From: a virus
IMG/VR virus record: IMGVR_UViG_3300042691_042551
Coordinates: 1-64,000 of that record
Reading direction: 5' to 3' (one strand)
DNA: 64,000 nucleotides
The notes below the pieces were generated by a model. That model saw nothing but the letters and a program-made list of their open reading frames with translations, did no database searches and was not told where the DNA came from. This document shows, in pieces, positions 27,173 to 42,100 of the stretch. How positions within the stretch are numbered: position 1 is the first letter of the stretch; every line of letters starts with the position of its first letter. Position numbers and translations under genes: made by a program.

Positions 27173-30100
27173 ATGGAAACTGGAGACCCTAAAAAACAAA
27201 AAGCTCAACAGGTAAAACAAGAAGTTATTGAAAACTCACCTGAATTGCAAGATGCATTGCATGGACTTAATACAGCTCAAAAAAGAAAAGATGATGTATT
27301 AGCCAATAAAATTGATCAGGTGTGGAAACCTATTGAGCGTTCCGATAAAGAAATAGCTGAAGCTTATAAACGTGCACCGGAACCAATAAGTCCTGATGAA
27401 CAAGAAGTTGAACTAAGAAATAAAGAAAGTATAGCTTTTTTGTTAAAGGCTAAATACGGCTATAAAAATGATGCTGTAATATTAAGTCTTGCTGAAAAAG
27501 CTATGCGTTATCCGGAATTTAAAAACAAGATAATTTCTCATAAAAGCTTAGTCCAATTACAGGCAGAAGAAGATGCTGCTAAATACGAGCTTAATGAAAG
27601 CATGAAAAAAGCACAATCTGGGTTTAATGCATCATTAGCCGCAAGCGGTGAAACTACTGAAGACTTTAGATTGCAAGACGAACAAATAGTAACAGCTAGA
27701 CAAAAATACGATAAAGCAAAATCTATAAAATCTGCTTATGAAGATGCTATAAGAAGAGATCCGGCATTTGTTGAAAAGCAAAAGTTTGATTTAATGCGTT
27801 CTTTGATAGATGTGGATATGAAATATAGACAATCTATTGCAAACAATGCTATTCGCAAAATAGGTGGACCAGATAAAGCAATAGAAGTTACTGAGGCCAA
27901 TTCTCAATACAATTACTTGCTTCAAGAACAACAAAAAGCTGAATCGCTACTTCAAGATCCAAATTATCCAGCCGAGAAAAAACCTAAGCTAGAAAAATAT
28001 TTAAACGAGCAACTACCAATACTTATTAAGCAAAAAGAAGATCAGTTACGAAAATTTGGTAACGTATCGGAAGAGGTAAAAAAACTGGAAGATGCAAGTA
28101 AAACTGCTATTGAATCTTATCAAACCATAAAAGAGGTGTTAAATGAAAGTCCCGAAACCTTAAAAAGCAATAAGGAAATTGCACTTAGGTTAATGGATAG
28201 AGCTAAAACAATAGTAACTACAGGTGGTGTACAAGAATTAGTTATACCAGATTTAGGCAAAAGTTTTGGTTTGTCGTTTGCCGGAACCATAGTTGACATG
28301 GGTGAGTTTTTTACAGGAAAAACATCTGTAGGGGATTTTATAAAAAGAGAAATTGGCATAAATGAACAAATCACCGAAAAAGAATGGGGTGGAGGCAAAT
28401 GGATGGTTAATATTGCTTCCGCAGCAGGTGCGACTGCTCCATATTTAATATTAGGAGGTATTGGTGGTGGGGCAAGAGCTGCAACAGCAAAAATGCTAAC
28501 TGCTAGGTTTGCAACCAATATTGGAGGAAAAATAGCAAAAGCCGGTGTTAACTATTTAACAAACACGCTATTATCGCCAGCAACTTATGGATCCCTTGCC
28601 GGTGTGTATACAAATTCATTTGATCAAGAGTTTTCCAATTTAATCTTAGCCGGTAAATCACCTGAAGAATCATATAACATTGCAAGCAAAAAAGCTACTG
28701 CTGATGCGGTAGTTAACGTAATTTCTGAAGGTATATTTGACGAGGCCAGTGTAATTTTTAAAGGTAGTGGAGTAAACCAATGGATTGCAAAAACTGGTTT
28801 TGGTCAATTTTTGCAAGAGTCAAATGTATTGGATGCTATGTCAAAAGGAAAATACGGTATGGCTCAAGAACTTGGCAAACGTGTATTTAACTCATGGGCC
28901 AGCGAAACTTTAGAAGAAGTTGTTGCTATGGGTGGCGAATCATACAACAAACACATGGTTAATATTCTTGCTCAGCAAGAAATTTACAAGGATATATTAC
29001 CTACAATGCATGAAGTAGGTGTAATGTTAGGTTCTGTATTGCTTACTACCGGAGCTATGACTATGGCTAATCGTGGAAAGTCCATAGATATAGAACTTGC
29101 TGAAATGTCAAAATCTGGTTATGATAAGGCTGTAAGAGGGTTTAAAACCTTAGTTGATACGGGTGTATATAGCGAAGAAGAAGTTAAACCGTATATGGAT
29201 AAACTACAGCGCTATTCAAATTTATCTATGGCTATGGCTAGAAACGCTTTGCCGGAAGATATTGTAAAATACGATAACCTATTAAATCAGCAAGAAGAGC
29301 TCAAAAAAAACATGAGCAATCCATCTATATCACTTGGAGAGAAAAATCGCTTACAGTTTGAGATAAATAGCATTGAGGCGCAAAAAAATGAGCTTTTTCA
29401 ACAAGCCGTTGTCAACAGTGTTGAAAAAGAGATAAGTGACAAAATAGAAGCTAAAAACAAAAGTTTTATTGAAAACAATAAAAAACAAGTTGAAAAAATA
29501 AAAGCCGAAAGTAACCAAAAGGGTGCAACAAAAGAAGAGCAAGCAGCTTTAAACTATCTTGAATCAACCACCAATAACGTATCTGAGGAAGCAAAAAAAA
29601 ACGGACTTCTTTCATCTTCTATTACTAATGTAAATAGTTCTATCGCTCAAACCGAAGAACAGTTACAAAAAGAAGAAAACTTACTGAAACAGTTAAAGCA
29701 GGAAAAAAATGAACGTGGCGTAGCCGCGCAAGAAGAAAAGGTTGCTGAAGTAAAGAATCAACTTGATAACTTAAATCAGGTAGCCGTTGGTTTAAAAAGC
29801 TTGCAATCTGCACAAGAAGCAAAAGTGGGTGATGGTTTAGCCGCTAGGGGTAAATCTACTACTACTGGAACAGTAAAACCTTCATCTGAGGTTGAAAAAA
29901 CTATTCAAGAAAAAAACCAAGCCAAACCAATAACAAAAGCTGAAGAAGCTACAAAAATGCCTGAATTTCAGGAACTATTAGCATCTTACAAAACCGAAGG
30001 ATTAACCAAAGAACAGGTAAGGCAAAGGCTAATTGACCAATTTGGCGATAACATGTCGGGTAAAGAATTTTCAAAACTTGAACAGAGTTTGAATAATTAT

Positions 30101-33100
30101 GATGTGGCCCCTGCTCAAACTGCTAAAGAAAATGCTCCTCAGCAGCCTCAAGGAAAACAATTTGCCGCCAGTCCTGCAGCAACTAAAACATCAAACTTTT
30201 ATAGCAAAACAAACGGAAATACTATAAAGGTTGAAACTCAGGAAGATGGAACAAAACAAGTTGTTGAAATAGACCAAAAAACTAAAAAAGAAGTTAAACG
30301 TACTTCTGTACCTGAAGCGCAATCAAAAAAATCTGATTTTGAAATAGCTTCAGAAATTACTGGTCAAAAGCTAGACAAGCAATTTACCGGTAAAACCAAA
30401 AAAACAGCTAAAAAAAGCGATAGTGAATATGTTGCTGAAGCCAAAAAAACTTTAGGTGAAAATGTGCAAGAAAGCGATATAGCCGAATATGTAAGAAAAA
30501 AAATTGCTTCTGGCGAGTTGGATATGAAAACAGCAAAACGAGTAAGCACGGCTTTAAAAAATGCCTTTCTAGATAAAAAGGGAAAAGCTAGACAAGCTCG
30601 CGGAAGAAAAAACCAAGAAGAGGAAGCAAAAGCCGAAGAACAACGCAAAAAAGAAGTAAATGACCTTATTGAGCAAGCTGAAAGCGCAAGAGAAACCATA
30701 AGACAAGCTAATCAGTTGCAAGAAGTGTTTCAAGAAGCAACACAAGAAAGTGTAGTACAGTCTGACACTCATGAAGCTGCAGTCGAAGCTGAAACTGCCA
30801 AAACCAAGGCTAATGGTATAGGAAGCCTGAGCAAAAAAGAAATAATGCTCATGAACATCAAAAACATAACAGGAAAGGTGTTTAGTGGCGTTATGGGTTT
30901 TCACAAACAAGCAATGGTTGATGGCAAATTTGTTGAAGAATCATACAAACGGGTTCAAGAGATGATTTATGAACAGTTTAAATCATTAATGATGAACAAG
31001 TTTGATCTGGACTTGACCACATACGAAAGAAATGAAGAAGGATATCTACTGTTTGACGAAAACGATGAAAACGTAGAAGCATTAACTGAAATGAATCGAG
31101 TATTGAGTGTGTTTGATCCCAACGTGGCAGAAATACTACTTGAATCGATTGACGATACCGCCAAAGTGTTTGGCGAAAAAGGGGCTAATTTTCACGCCCT
31201 TATAAAACACGCTATTTCTGAATTGGGTAAAAGTTATGGCTTTCCTAATTATGCAGCAATAGAAGAATCGGTAGAAGATGCAGAGGTTCTCGAGCATACC
31301 GCAGAAATACTAGAGTCAGGAGAAAGCATTTTGCAGGAAGTTATTGACAAGGAAATGAACAGTAAAGCTGTCAAGTCCGCAGAAGCTATTGCAAAACTTG
31401 CTCATGCTGTTTTTCTTCAAAAAGCCAAGAACGCTAATGTAAACGTAAGCATTAACCCGGACTATTCGTTATCGTTTTTGATGCCATTGTTTAAGGGAGT
31501 CAACGGACAATCGAGAACGATAACGGACGTGTTGAATTATATTCAAGCAAGATTAGCTAGCGAAAACCATCCTATAAATGATACTCAGGGAAGATTGCTT
31601 ATGGAGTCTATCGGCCAGGTTTTGTACGATTTGCAAAACAAAATGTATGAACAAACCGATGGTATCAATGAGTTGAAACAAAATCCAATGACTATGACCT
31701 TTATAGAGCGTTCATTGTCAAGTATTTTTAATTCTCAGATAAGTGATGTTTATGCCACTTATTTGTCTGCAAAAGGCAAGGTATCTGTATATGTTGCCAA
31801 CCGAGACAAAATTAAAAAAGACGTAATTTCTCAAATACGATCTGAAGTACGGAATTTTGTTCAGTCTATATATGCCGTTTCTGATTTAGAAGGTGGCCAA
31901 AGACGTTCTCGCTTTATACAAGCTATTGCAAAAGTAAGAATGAATATAGACAATCCCGAATCTGTATTATTTGCTGGTGACGAAGTTTTATTGGCAATGG
32001 GTAACGAGTATCCATACATTAAAGATATTTTAACAAGGAAACTTGATGCCATAAGAAACACAACAGTAAAATCTCCAACACAAGTAGAAGAGGTTGGAAG
32101 ATACATTTTAATGCTCAGTTCACCACAAGCTGCAAATCTGGAAAGTAATCCAATGATTGAGCAAATGGCTTTTGAGCAAATAGCTAACTCTGAAAAAATA
32201 TTTGGCAAAATATCTCAAAGCCAGTATTGGTCAAATCGGTTAAGCCAAAATCAAAGCGCTGTAAAAAGGCCCAATAGAATGTCAAGTTCTATTTCTGAAG
32301 CAAAAGCAGAGGCACTAAACAACAAGAAAAAACCTACTGAAGATGCTCAGAAAAACGATATGGACGATTCTGTAAATGTCGTAACCAATTCAAAAAACAG
32401 AAATTTTGGTTCCGAAGGTTCAGATCGAAAGGCTCGACTAAGCAAAAACCCGCTTGTAGCAATTAAGTCAATAGCCAAAAACTTATCTGTAACCATGTTA
32501 GGCGAGTTTTCTATTGAAAAGGGAAAAACTATTGCTTTAAAAGCTGAAAAAATGTCAAGGGAAATGGTACATTTAGCTAAGATTGCTATGTTTTACCAAA
32601 CCAAAAACTTTGGCAAGTACGGGTATGGTGTAATTGATCAAGTAAGTGATTCTCCAAGAATACACATGATTAATGGTGCACGTATACAGTTAAATGGTGA
32701 AAACAAGTTTGTATTTGCCGGTGATGTAAAATATCCAGGAAGTTTGATTGAAGATGGCTCTTTGCTTCTTGATGCCGTTCAAACTGCGGTTATGAAAGCA
32801 AAAGAAATGTTTCCGGGAATTACCATTAAACAAATGGAACAGCATATACCGTCATTCTACAAGATTGATGGTACCGGAAAAGTAACATATAATCCAACAG
32901 CACTTGAAAATGAAGCTTTTAAGTCATTTAACGACTACATTAAGGCTAAAAGTAAAATGTACTATGATCCTAAAGCCGGAGATTCAATAGCCAAAACAGA
33001 AAGGGCTTATAAAGCAATACTTGAAGCAACAAAAGAACTTTACTATGCTAATGACTACAAGACAGGTAAAGAAAACTTTGAGAAGAAGATTGCCTTTATT

Positions 33101-36100
33101 AAAAACAACCGAGATATGGAGGTTACTAAAGGAATGTCCGATTTCGCGAAGAATTTAATTGACAATGATCAAATTGTCGAATGGTCTAAGAAAAAGAAAG
33201 GAAACTTTAAAAACTTCTTCAAAGAATTTGTTGCAAACGAAGAGTTTAATCGATTTTATGCAAATCAGTATGTCCGCGGTGATTTAGAAAGCTACATGAA
33301 CCTTGACCCGGATAATGTTTTTGTTCGTTCAAAAATGATAACAGCTCCAGGTATAGGTGTAAACGTAGATTTACCAATGCGATACATGATTTTGGATAAA
33401 AATCTGTACAATGGAAGCGACAAAATAATGCTTGATGTAAACGGAAATCAGGTGCCTTGGGTACCAAATGATGGTGTTATGTTTTTGTCTGAAGGTGCTG
33501 GAAACGTAATTACTGCAGGTGTTGGTCCGCATCATGGATACAGAGGAACATTTAAGTATGCTATGCACTCGGTAAATGACCAAAACGTAGCTACTTCTCA
33601 TAAAGGTATGCAGATAGTATTGACAAAGAAGCTGGCAGAATCAAATCCGGCTTTAATGTCAATATATAACATGATGAAGGAAAACAACTTGGATGCGGTA
33701 CTTGACCATTCAGCAGAAAAAATAGGTGCTGAAAAAAGAACCAAAGCCGGATGGAACGAAAGCGGTGTAACTCTTGAAGAAGCCCCTATTGTGCATACAG
33801 CCAATTTTGGGGATATTTATGTTCAACTTTCGGTTTCTGAAAACCAAAAAGGAATGTGGTCGAAGGATTCTGACCAAAAAAACAGACAAACGCCATTGTA
33901 TGCCGGTAGCAGCGAACAGGGTATTGAGTACGTAAACAAGATTCAAAACTTTATAGCGAACAGAATAAAAAGTGGAGTATTTAACTCTGCGCAACGAAGC
34001 GCAAGGTTTAACAAGTTAATGAATAATTACAGGTTCAGTACTGAAGAAAACAAACAAGAAGCCAAAGATGAACTTATTAGCTACTTAAAAAGAAAATCTA
34101 AAAGAGAACCACTATCTGTAAGGGAAAAATACAACCAAATTATCAGCAGGATAGAAACAGGTTATGTATTTGAGTACGATGATGGATTATTGTATCAAGT
34201 TCACGCATCAACTTTTAGGGAAGGTATGTCAAATAGAATGGAATCGTTTTATATGGCATTGACCTCACCATTGCTTGGCAAAGAACAACCAAAGTACAGA
34301 TTAGAAGATCGCCCAGGTTTTTCAGAAGTTGTATTGCCGGCAAAAATGAAAGAATTGCTTAGCGATTATGCAGATAATGATGGTAACTATTGGGTAACTG
34401 GTGTGAAAATACCATATAACAACTCCGCTACTCAGCTACGAGCAAAAGTAATTTTTGACGAAAGTTTGGATGATAACGGTTCCAATGTTATTCCACCGGC
34501 AGAATTTTACGCCTTGTCCAACTCAGATAATGACGGAGATAGACTATTTATCTTTCCAATGCATCCAAATCCGGAAAATATAGTTTCGCCTTTAAAAGAG
34601 TTTGGAATTAACATAGATGAAAACACAACATTTGACTCATTATTAAGCGAATACACTACAAAATCTCAAGAAGATGATTGGAATGGTCCTTCGTTTGACT
34701 ACGTATCTATGTTGTATGAAGATTACCTTGCTGCTAAAGAACTGGAATACAACGGAAAGTTGTTTAACGATGTAGCTTTTGCTCAGCAAATGGCTGTTCA
34801 GTCAAATGACGTTAATGTGTTTCTGTCAGTTGTGGAATCTGAAGGTTATAAAACTAAAACCAAAAACACGTCTTCAAATGAGGGCCAATTACAACGCGTT
34901 ACAGAAAAGAATTTTTCTGCTGGTGGTATTGGCACTGCAGCATCATATATCCGTTCTATATCTCAATTTATTCAGCTTGGAATGGATTACGGATTGCGTG
35001 TAGCAATGAGATCTTCACGATCAAAGCCGTATTTGTTTAATTTCAACAATGAGGTATTTGATCCGGCTGTTATGGAAACTGTTCCTACGTTAAATCAAAA
35101 ACCGATTAATATAAGGGATATTGAAAGTCAAGCAGTTCAAAAAGCTATTGCCAACAATCCAGATTATGCAAATCTCACCCCTGATTTACAAGAAAATCTT
35201 GTAAGTAATGAAAGAAATAAGCTATTGCAAGAACTTGAATCATTGGTTGAGGAAGAATCAATGCTTAATACGCAAAACGCGACTTCTCAAATACTGCAGG
35301 TTTATGTGGATGCTGTTAAAAAAGGTTATTTGAATAAGGTTGGACTAAATAATCAGAATATGCAGGTGTTTATACACCTTGCAACAAGATTAGGGCTCAA
35401 CGAGAAAGTTCCGGGCCAAGGCATAAGAATGGCTTTAAGACTTGTTAATCAGCCTATTGTTAAAAAGTATTTTGAACTGACTGAGTACAATCCAATGATT
35501 CAGGATCAATACTCCCAGAGAGATTACGAGTTAATTGATAAACTAAAGAAAAATCTGGCCGAACTGGTACCTAACGATATGCAAAACAACATCAATACCC
35601 TTGATGTGAACCTAAACGCATTAAAAAATGAGTACAATGGAAAGCATATACAAGATACTGAATACAATACTGAAAATCAACTTATAGGTGACTATGCGTT
35701 GGCGCAAATTGAAGCCATAAAAGCACTGGAATCTTTACTTGATATACAAGCTGCGGTAAGTCCGTACAGTTTAAATTCTAAGAAGTTTTCAGAAGTTCCT
35801 ACGACAATAGAAGAAGCAAGGACATTTATCCATGAAATGGAAAAATATCAGGCATTAGCTACCGATGAAGAGGTTAAGGCGACATTGAAAAAAATAGAAA
35901 ATGCTCAAAGGACTGGTAAAAATGCAAACCTTGTAATTTCGGAAATGCTGCAAAACAATGGCCGGTATTCAAGTCCAATGGTATTTAATGTTCGAAATGA
36001 TGCAGACAATTACCAAAGGCTTGTAAATTCATACGAATTTTTAAAGCAACTGAACGACAAATCAGGTCCATTATACGAAAAAGAAAAAGGCAAATATATT

Positions 36101-39100
36101 GAAGCTGGCTTTAGCGAAAGCGCTATTAGTGATATGCTCAATAATCTAGCTAAGATACATACTAACATGTTGCTAACCGGTAACATGCACGTTTTTGAAA
36201 ACCAGGAAATGTTTGCTAAAGCTGAAGGTTATTTTATGATGATGGCTTCAATAGCAGATTCAAATACTGCTTACGATTCCAAAAACAACAAAATGGTTTT
36301 TGATTTTATGTCAAGGTTGTTTCCAAGAGCCGGCAAAATGTTTCACAAGTTAGTTGGTAAGTTTCAAGAAGGATACAACAGACAAATATTACAAGAGGTA
36401 TTAAGCCAAAAAGTAATGCTTTCTGAAAATCAGAAAAAAGACTTCAGCTATGCAATGTCTAAAATACTGAAGGTTTTGTTTGAAAATAAACAATACTTTT
36501 CCGGTAACTTATTTTTGAATAACCTTGAAATTCAAACATTTGAGGACAAAAACATACTACCAATACGAGTAGAATCAGACGGTTCTGCAGTATACATTGA
36601 CAAACATTATGTCCTTGAAGATGGAATATTTAAGCAGGCTAATCTTGTTCCAATAAACAAGTTGACAGATGCTATCATTTTTAATGATGTGCTTAAAACA
36701 GATCCACTAAGAGCGTTTTTAGACGTTATACTTGGCAATCAGATATTGTCCGAAAACATAATGTTTGATGAAACAAGAAAGCGTTTTGTCAATAAAAAAA
36801 CAGGGTATATTTACGGAAGTGAGAAAAACACACAAGCATCTGATGTAAAAGATTCTGAACGCATATTTACTGCTGGTACCACATCTGTACCCGAATACAG
36901 AGAGGCTTTAATATCGTTGGCCAGTGATATTTTTGGAACCATCAGGCAATCTAGCTTAGAAGGTATTGAGAACGAAAGCACAGAAACCATGTGGAATTGG
37001 GCAGCAATGATGTATTTTGACAAAAACGAAAACCAAAGGTTATCTCCAAGATACAATACGCCTCAAAACGAAGAAATAACTTTAAGCCAAAATGGACGTG
37101 TGACTTTTAGCCAAGAGCAATTAAAGGATATAGCCAATGGAATATCTACTTTGTTTGATGGATTGAATAACATACGGTACAATGCAAATGGTGAAGCAAT
37201 TGGAACTATTGCAGATGCTATACGGTATGAATTGGAATCAAATCAAATCGATGAAGGGTTTCTTTCGGAAGATATTATATCCAATCCGAACGCCTGGTTA
37301 CTTTATTTTTCAAATAACAATACATACCCTCAGGTAGAAAAATTACTAGGTATTCTCAAAGCTGATAATGAAGAAAATCATGCTAATATTAGGAGTTTGA
37401 TTAACGAAAACTTTCTGGGCTATGACATGATAAGCTTTGCCAAAAACTCAATAAAAACAATACTTAATAATCCTACACTTACTCAATTTTATGATCAAGC
37501 TATGATTTCTCAAATGAAAAGCGATGATCCTAAAGCACAAAGTATTGCCAAAAGACACGAGTTTTTCCATACTAAGTTAGATAACGGACAAATAGTGCTT
37601 TATAAACGAGTTCAAGCCGGGTATACAGAAACAAAGAATTTCTTTGGTCGTTTTCAAAAAGTACCAAACTACAAATACATTGCCATTGGTAGATACAGTT
37701 CTAATGGTGAAGTAGAACGGTCAATGTTTACCAATGGTCGCCTTGAAAGCAGTGTTGATGGCGTATTGCAATTACTAACCCAAGAAGGTGTTCATAATTT
37801 AGATTACGATAGCGCGATTAAGAAAATAAGCGAGATAATATACGGTTCATCTTCTGGAAGTATTGATACTGTTGGTTTTCTAGCTGATATTCAGAAAAAG
37901 TTTGAAACTCTCAAATCGGAAAAATTCAAGAAAATACGCGGTTATAACCACCCCGAGTTTTTTGATATGATGATTTCAGAGTTTGAGCAAGCCGTTGTAA
38001 AAGGAATATACGATAACAAAGGCGATGTGTTTAAAGATACTAAGGCTCAGCTATTGCTTCAAACAATCAGAGCAATAAGAAGTGTAAAACAGGCAAATGA
38101 TAAACTGTTTGTAAACAACAACTTTGTTATTGACAATGCTGAATTTACCGAAATAACCAATGCTCCTATTGACTCTCAAAACACAAGAGAAAAGGCAAGA
38201 CGTGCAACTAATCGAGTATGGCAACGTAATGCCGAATCTCAAACATTATCTGCATTTGACATAGCCAGAAACATTGTAGAAACATTAAAAGGAAACGTTT
38301 CTACCACTAGAAGCAAATCATTGTTTGAGTATTTGGAGGTGAAAAGCAAAGGAAACAAAGGAAGAAGAATTGCACAAAGCACTTCAGCCGGTTCCGGACC
38401 TAAAATGTTTTCTAACGTCAACGATATGATTGACTTGTTTCAGGCTCAGCTTAATGGAAATCCATTATTAGGTAGCGTAGCTAAGTTTTTAAAAGAACAA
38501 GTGGGTGGAATACCGGTATCTGTTGTTGACAATCAAGAATTTGAAGCATTGGAACAAAGCATATTTGGAACAACCGGTACCGCAAGAGCCATTTACATAC
38601 CAAGCCAAAGACAGATTGTATTCAATGGAGATAGAAGTTCATTAGACGCTCCTGAGCTTATTATTCACGAAGCGTTTCACGCATTTACTAATGCAGCTAT
38701 TAATGACCCTAACAATGTTGATTTAAGAAACGACATGGTAGAGTTAAGAAACGTAGTGTTTAACTCAAATTACCGATTAAACACTACTAACCCAATGGCC
38801 GTGCAAACCCTTAATGACATATTTGCCGATCCAAACCTTGATGAATTTGGTCAAATGGAAGAAATTATATCAGAAATGTTTTCTGATAAAACTGGCCAGA
38901 TGCAAGCTTTATTGAACAACATTAGGGTTGGTCAGGGTACTCTTGAACAATATAAAGGTGAAAACAAAACTTTATTTGGTAAAATACTCGATACGATATC
39001 AAAATATCTTGCAAAAATGGGAATTGGTAAAAACACCGATTCAGTACGTCAAGTCCTTGAAAACATATTGACAACGTACGAAGATATAATGACATATGAA

Positions 39101-42100
39101 AAAGCAATGCCTCAGCATGTTACATCAAATATATACGAGTACAACGGGAGGACATTTGTAAATAGCAATCAACTTGTTAACGATAACTACGGTGTTAACC
39201 AAAACACAATGGAAACCATTGCTAACGATATGGGTATTAGCATAGGCAGAATCATCAAAATGGCTGAAGATTTAGATACTGCATCCGATTTTTTGCATCA
39301 GTTTGTAATGGATAATGTTCTTGGAAGAAACTCAAACCACAATAGAACTGAAGCAAAAAGAATGATGGCCGGCTTTAATTCAAATGTTGTAAACAACATA
39401 CCAGATGATATTATGCGTCTGTTTGATTCAAAAATGAACGGTTGGACTATTGATGAAGATTTATCTCAAGGATCTTACTTCTCAACCGGCATGATGGTTT
39501 CTGGAAACAACAACATTGTTTCTTTCAATAATCAAGGGGATGTAAAAGTAACCAGTATTGGGGCTTCATTTAAAGAAAGCGATTATTCAGTTTATGATAC
39601 TCAAAGTCCTATTTTAAACGCAAAAGCTGCTCATAAACAAAAACTTATGATGAAGGCTGCAATACAAGGTGTGTTTTTAGAAGGTCAGGGCTATCCGGTA
39701 AAAAAACTTGAAATTATTGTTGCTGAAGCCAATGGTGTAGTTGGTGGGGCCGAAGCTATTGAAATGACAATGGATGAAGCAAGAAGTATTGTAAGAGCTT
39801 ATGTTATTGACAAGGTTGCAGATCGCATGGGCGCTTTTGAAGCAATGCCAATAAGTAATGAGGACTTTATGAAAAATCCTCAGAACATATATGGCAATTA
39901 TTACATTGATAAAGCCTTATCTGCATTACGCGATATTACCGATGAAGATAGAGAAGCACTTCGCCAGGGTTTTAAAAAGAATACAATGGTTAGTCTTGGC
40001 AATGTGGACCTAGAAGCTCAGGTATCGCTTTATGAGCAATCGTATAATAACGTAAAAGCATTGCTAAAAAGCGGAAGTATTGAAAACATGACTGAAAAGG
40101 ACATGATTGAATTGCTGGGTGACATTAAGCATTTAGAAAGAATGAGTGATGATGCTGATGTTTCCGGGATAAAATCAATCTTAAATGGCATTACCGATGT
40201 AATACTGATGCAGCGAGAGGGAAATACCTTAAAAGAGTCAATAGCTATATCAAAAGCATCTAATGTTACAGACATCGCTCAGTGGATTCCTTCCATTACC
40301 AATTCACTTCAAACCTTAAACCTTGGAGTTAACACGTCCGAAATAACAGATACCATTGCTCACTCAATCGAAGAAAATCAGAATGAAGCACAAGATTTTC
40401 AAACCAAATTGAGAAAAGCAGCCATAGAAGCTGTTAAGTCAAGAAATGTTCGTTTTGCTAAAGCAAGAGCGACCTTGAACAAATACTATTTGAGCGATAA
40501 TCCATTAGAGAAAGCTTTTCAAAGATTAACGGTGCCTTATTATGGTTCGGTTCAAACTACACGGCTTAAATCTCTTAGCGAAGCTTCAGTTGACTTAGCA
40601 AATGGAAACATTACTCAGGCAGAATATGAGTTATTGCAGTTAGTAAATGGTTTTTATCAAAAAAACGCAAGATACATATACAATAACAAGGGTGTCAACC
40701 ATGGTGGTTTATCATCTGAAGGTGCAGCTATATTTGAAACTCCGGCAAACGATAGACAATTCTTCTTACCATACTACCCAAGCAAAGTATTTGAACGGTA
40801 TAAAAACAAACCAAAAGCATTTGCTGCATTGGCTTCTTACTGGCATAATTTCAGAAATAACAGTTCTGAATTACAGAATGTTAAGTTAGATTCATACGAG
40901 TTTCGGGATGCAAACGGTTCTTTAGTTCGCGTATTTAAAAACAGTACAGTACGTGAGATAATGAAAGAAATGGAGGATTTGGAAAGAAAAGAAGGTGAAT
41001 TAAGAAGGATTGCTTTCCAACGAAACCCAAATGCAGTATTGCCACAGGCCAAGTATTCAACAGAAAAAGCAATTAAAAACCTATACGATGCTGCTATTAA
41101 AGCGGATAAAGGTAAAAATGCACAAAACCAAAGCAAACAGCAACAACACACAATGACGTTGCCGGGCATGGTTCGAACTAAAGAAAACGTAGCTAATGGA
41201 AACATGTTTTCAAATCTGATGAATTATTCCGGTGAGGTTTATAAAGCAAAAGCACTAGTTGAATCAAGGGGTGCGTATTCAATATTGGACATACTTGCAG
41301 CAAACTTAAACCTGAATGAAATCCGAAACTATATTGATTGGGATGAACGCGTTAGATTGCTAAAACAGAAATACAAAGAAGATAAACACGAGTTTATACA
41401 TCAAGTAGCTCGTTTTGCTTCTTCAATGGCCAGATATGCACAACTTGCATTTAAGATACCAAATGCTATGTTTGACTTTGCAGCAACATCATTAAGTGCT
41501 GCTACGGCAATGGACGGCATTACAAAAGAAGATAAACTTGCTTGGGCCAAATACATTGGGAACGCATCATTTGTAAATTATCCATTCGCTGTAATGAAGC
41601 TTGTCTATAATTTTCATGAAATACGCGATATAGCATTGGCTTTTGGGTTGTTTAATCATAGAGATTACTCTACAAGAAAAAAATCACCATTAGGGCTTGT
41701 AAAAGGGGCTATGTTATTAAACTACTGGCTATCTGGCAATATACCCAGGTTGGTATTTTTGGCCGATCAATTAACACTAAAAGATCTCAAGAACATACAA
41801 AATATCACTCAAACCAATAAAACTGGCGAATGGCTAAGTTTTCTTACCGGGCAACGTGAAAAACGCGATATACTGAAAGGTTTAGATAAACAAACCCTTA
41901 CAAATGTAAGGCGTGCATTAGATCGGACTGAAAATGAATTAGGTAAATTTAGAAATTCAACGGAACGTATTTATTTGTCAAATGGCACTATTTCAGCATT
42001 TATGCAGTACAAGTCGTGGGCACCAGATTTAATATGGGCGCGTTTTGGTGGAGAGTATAAAACAAACGGTGTAACTTACATGGGTAGATACAGAGCTTTG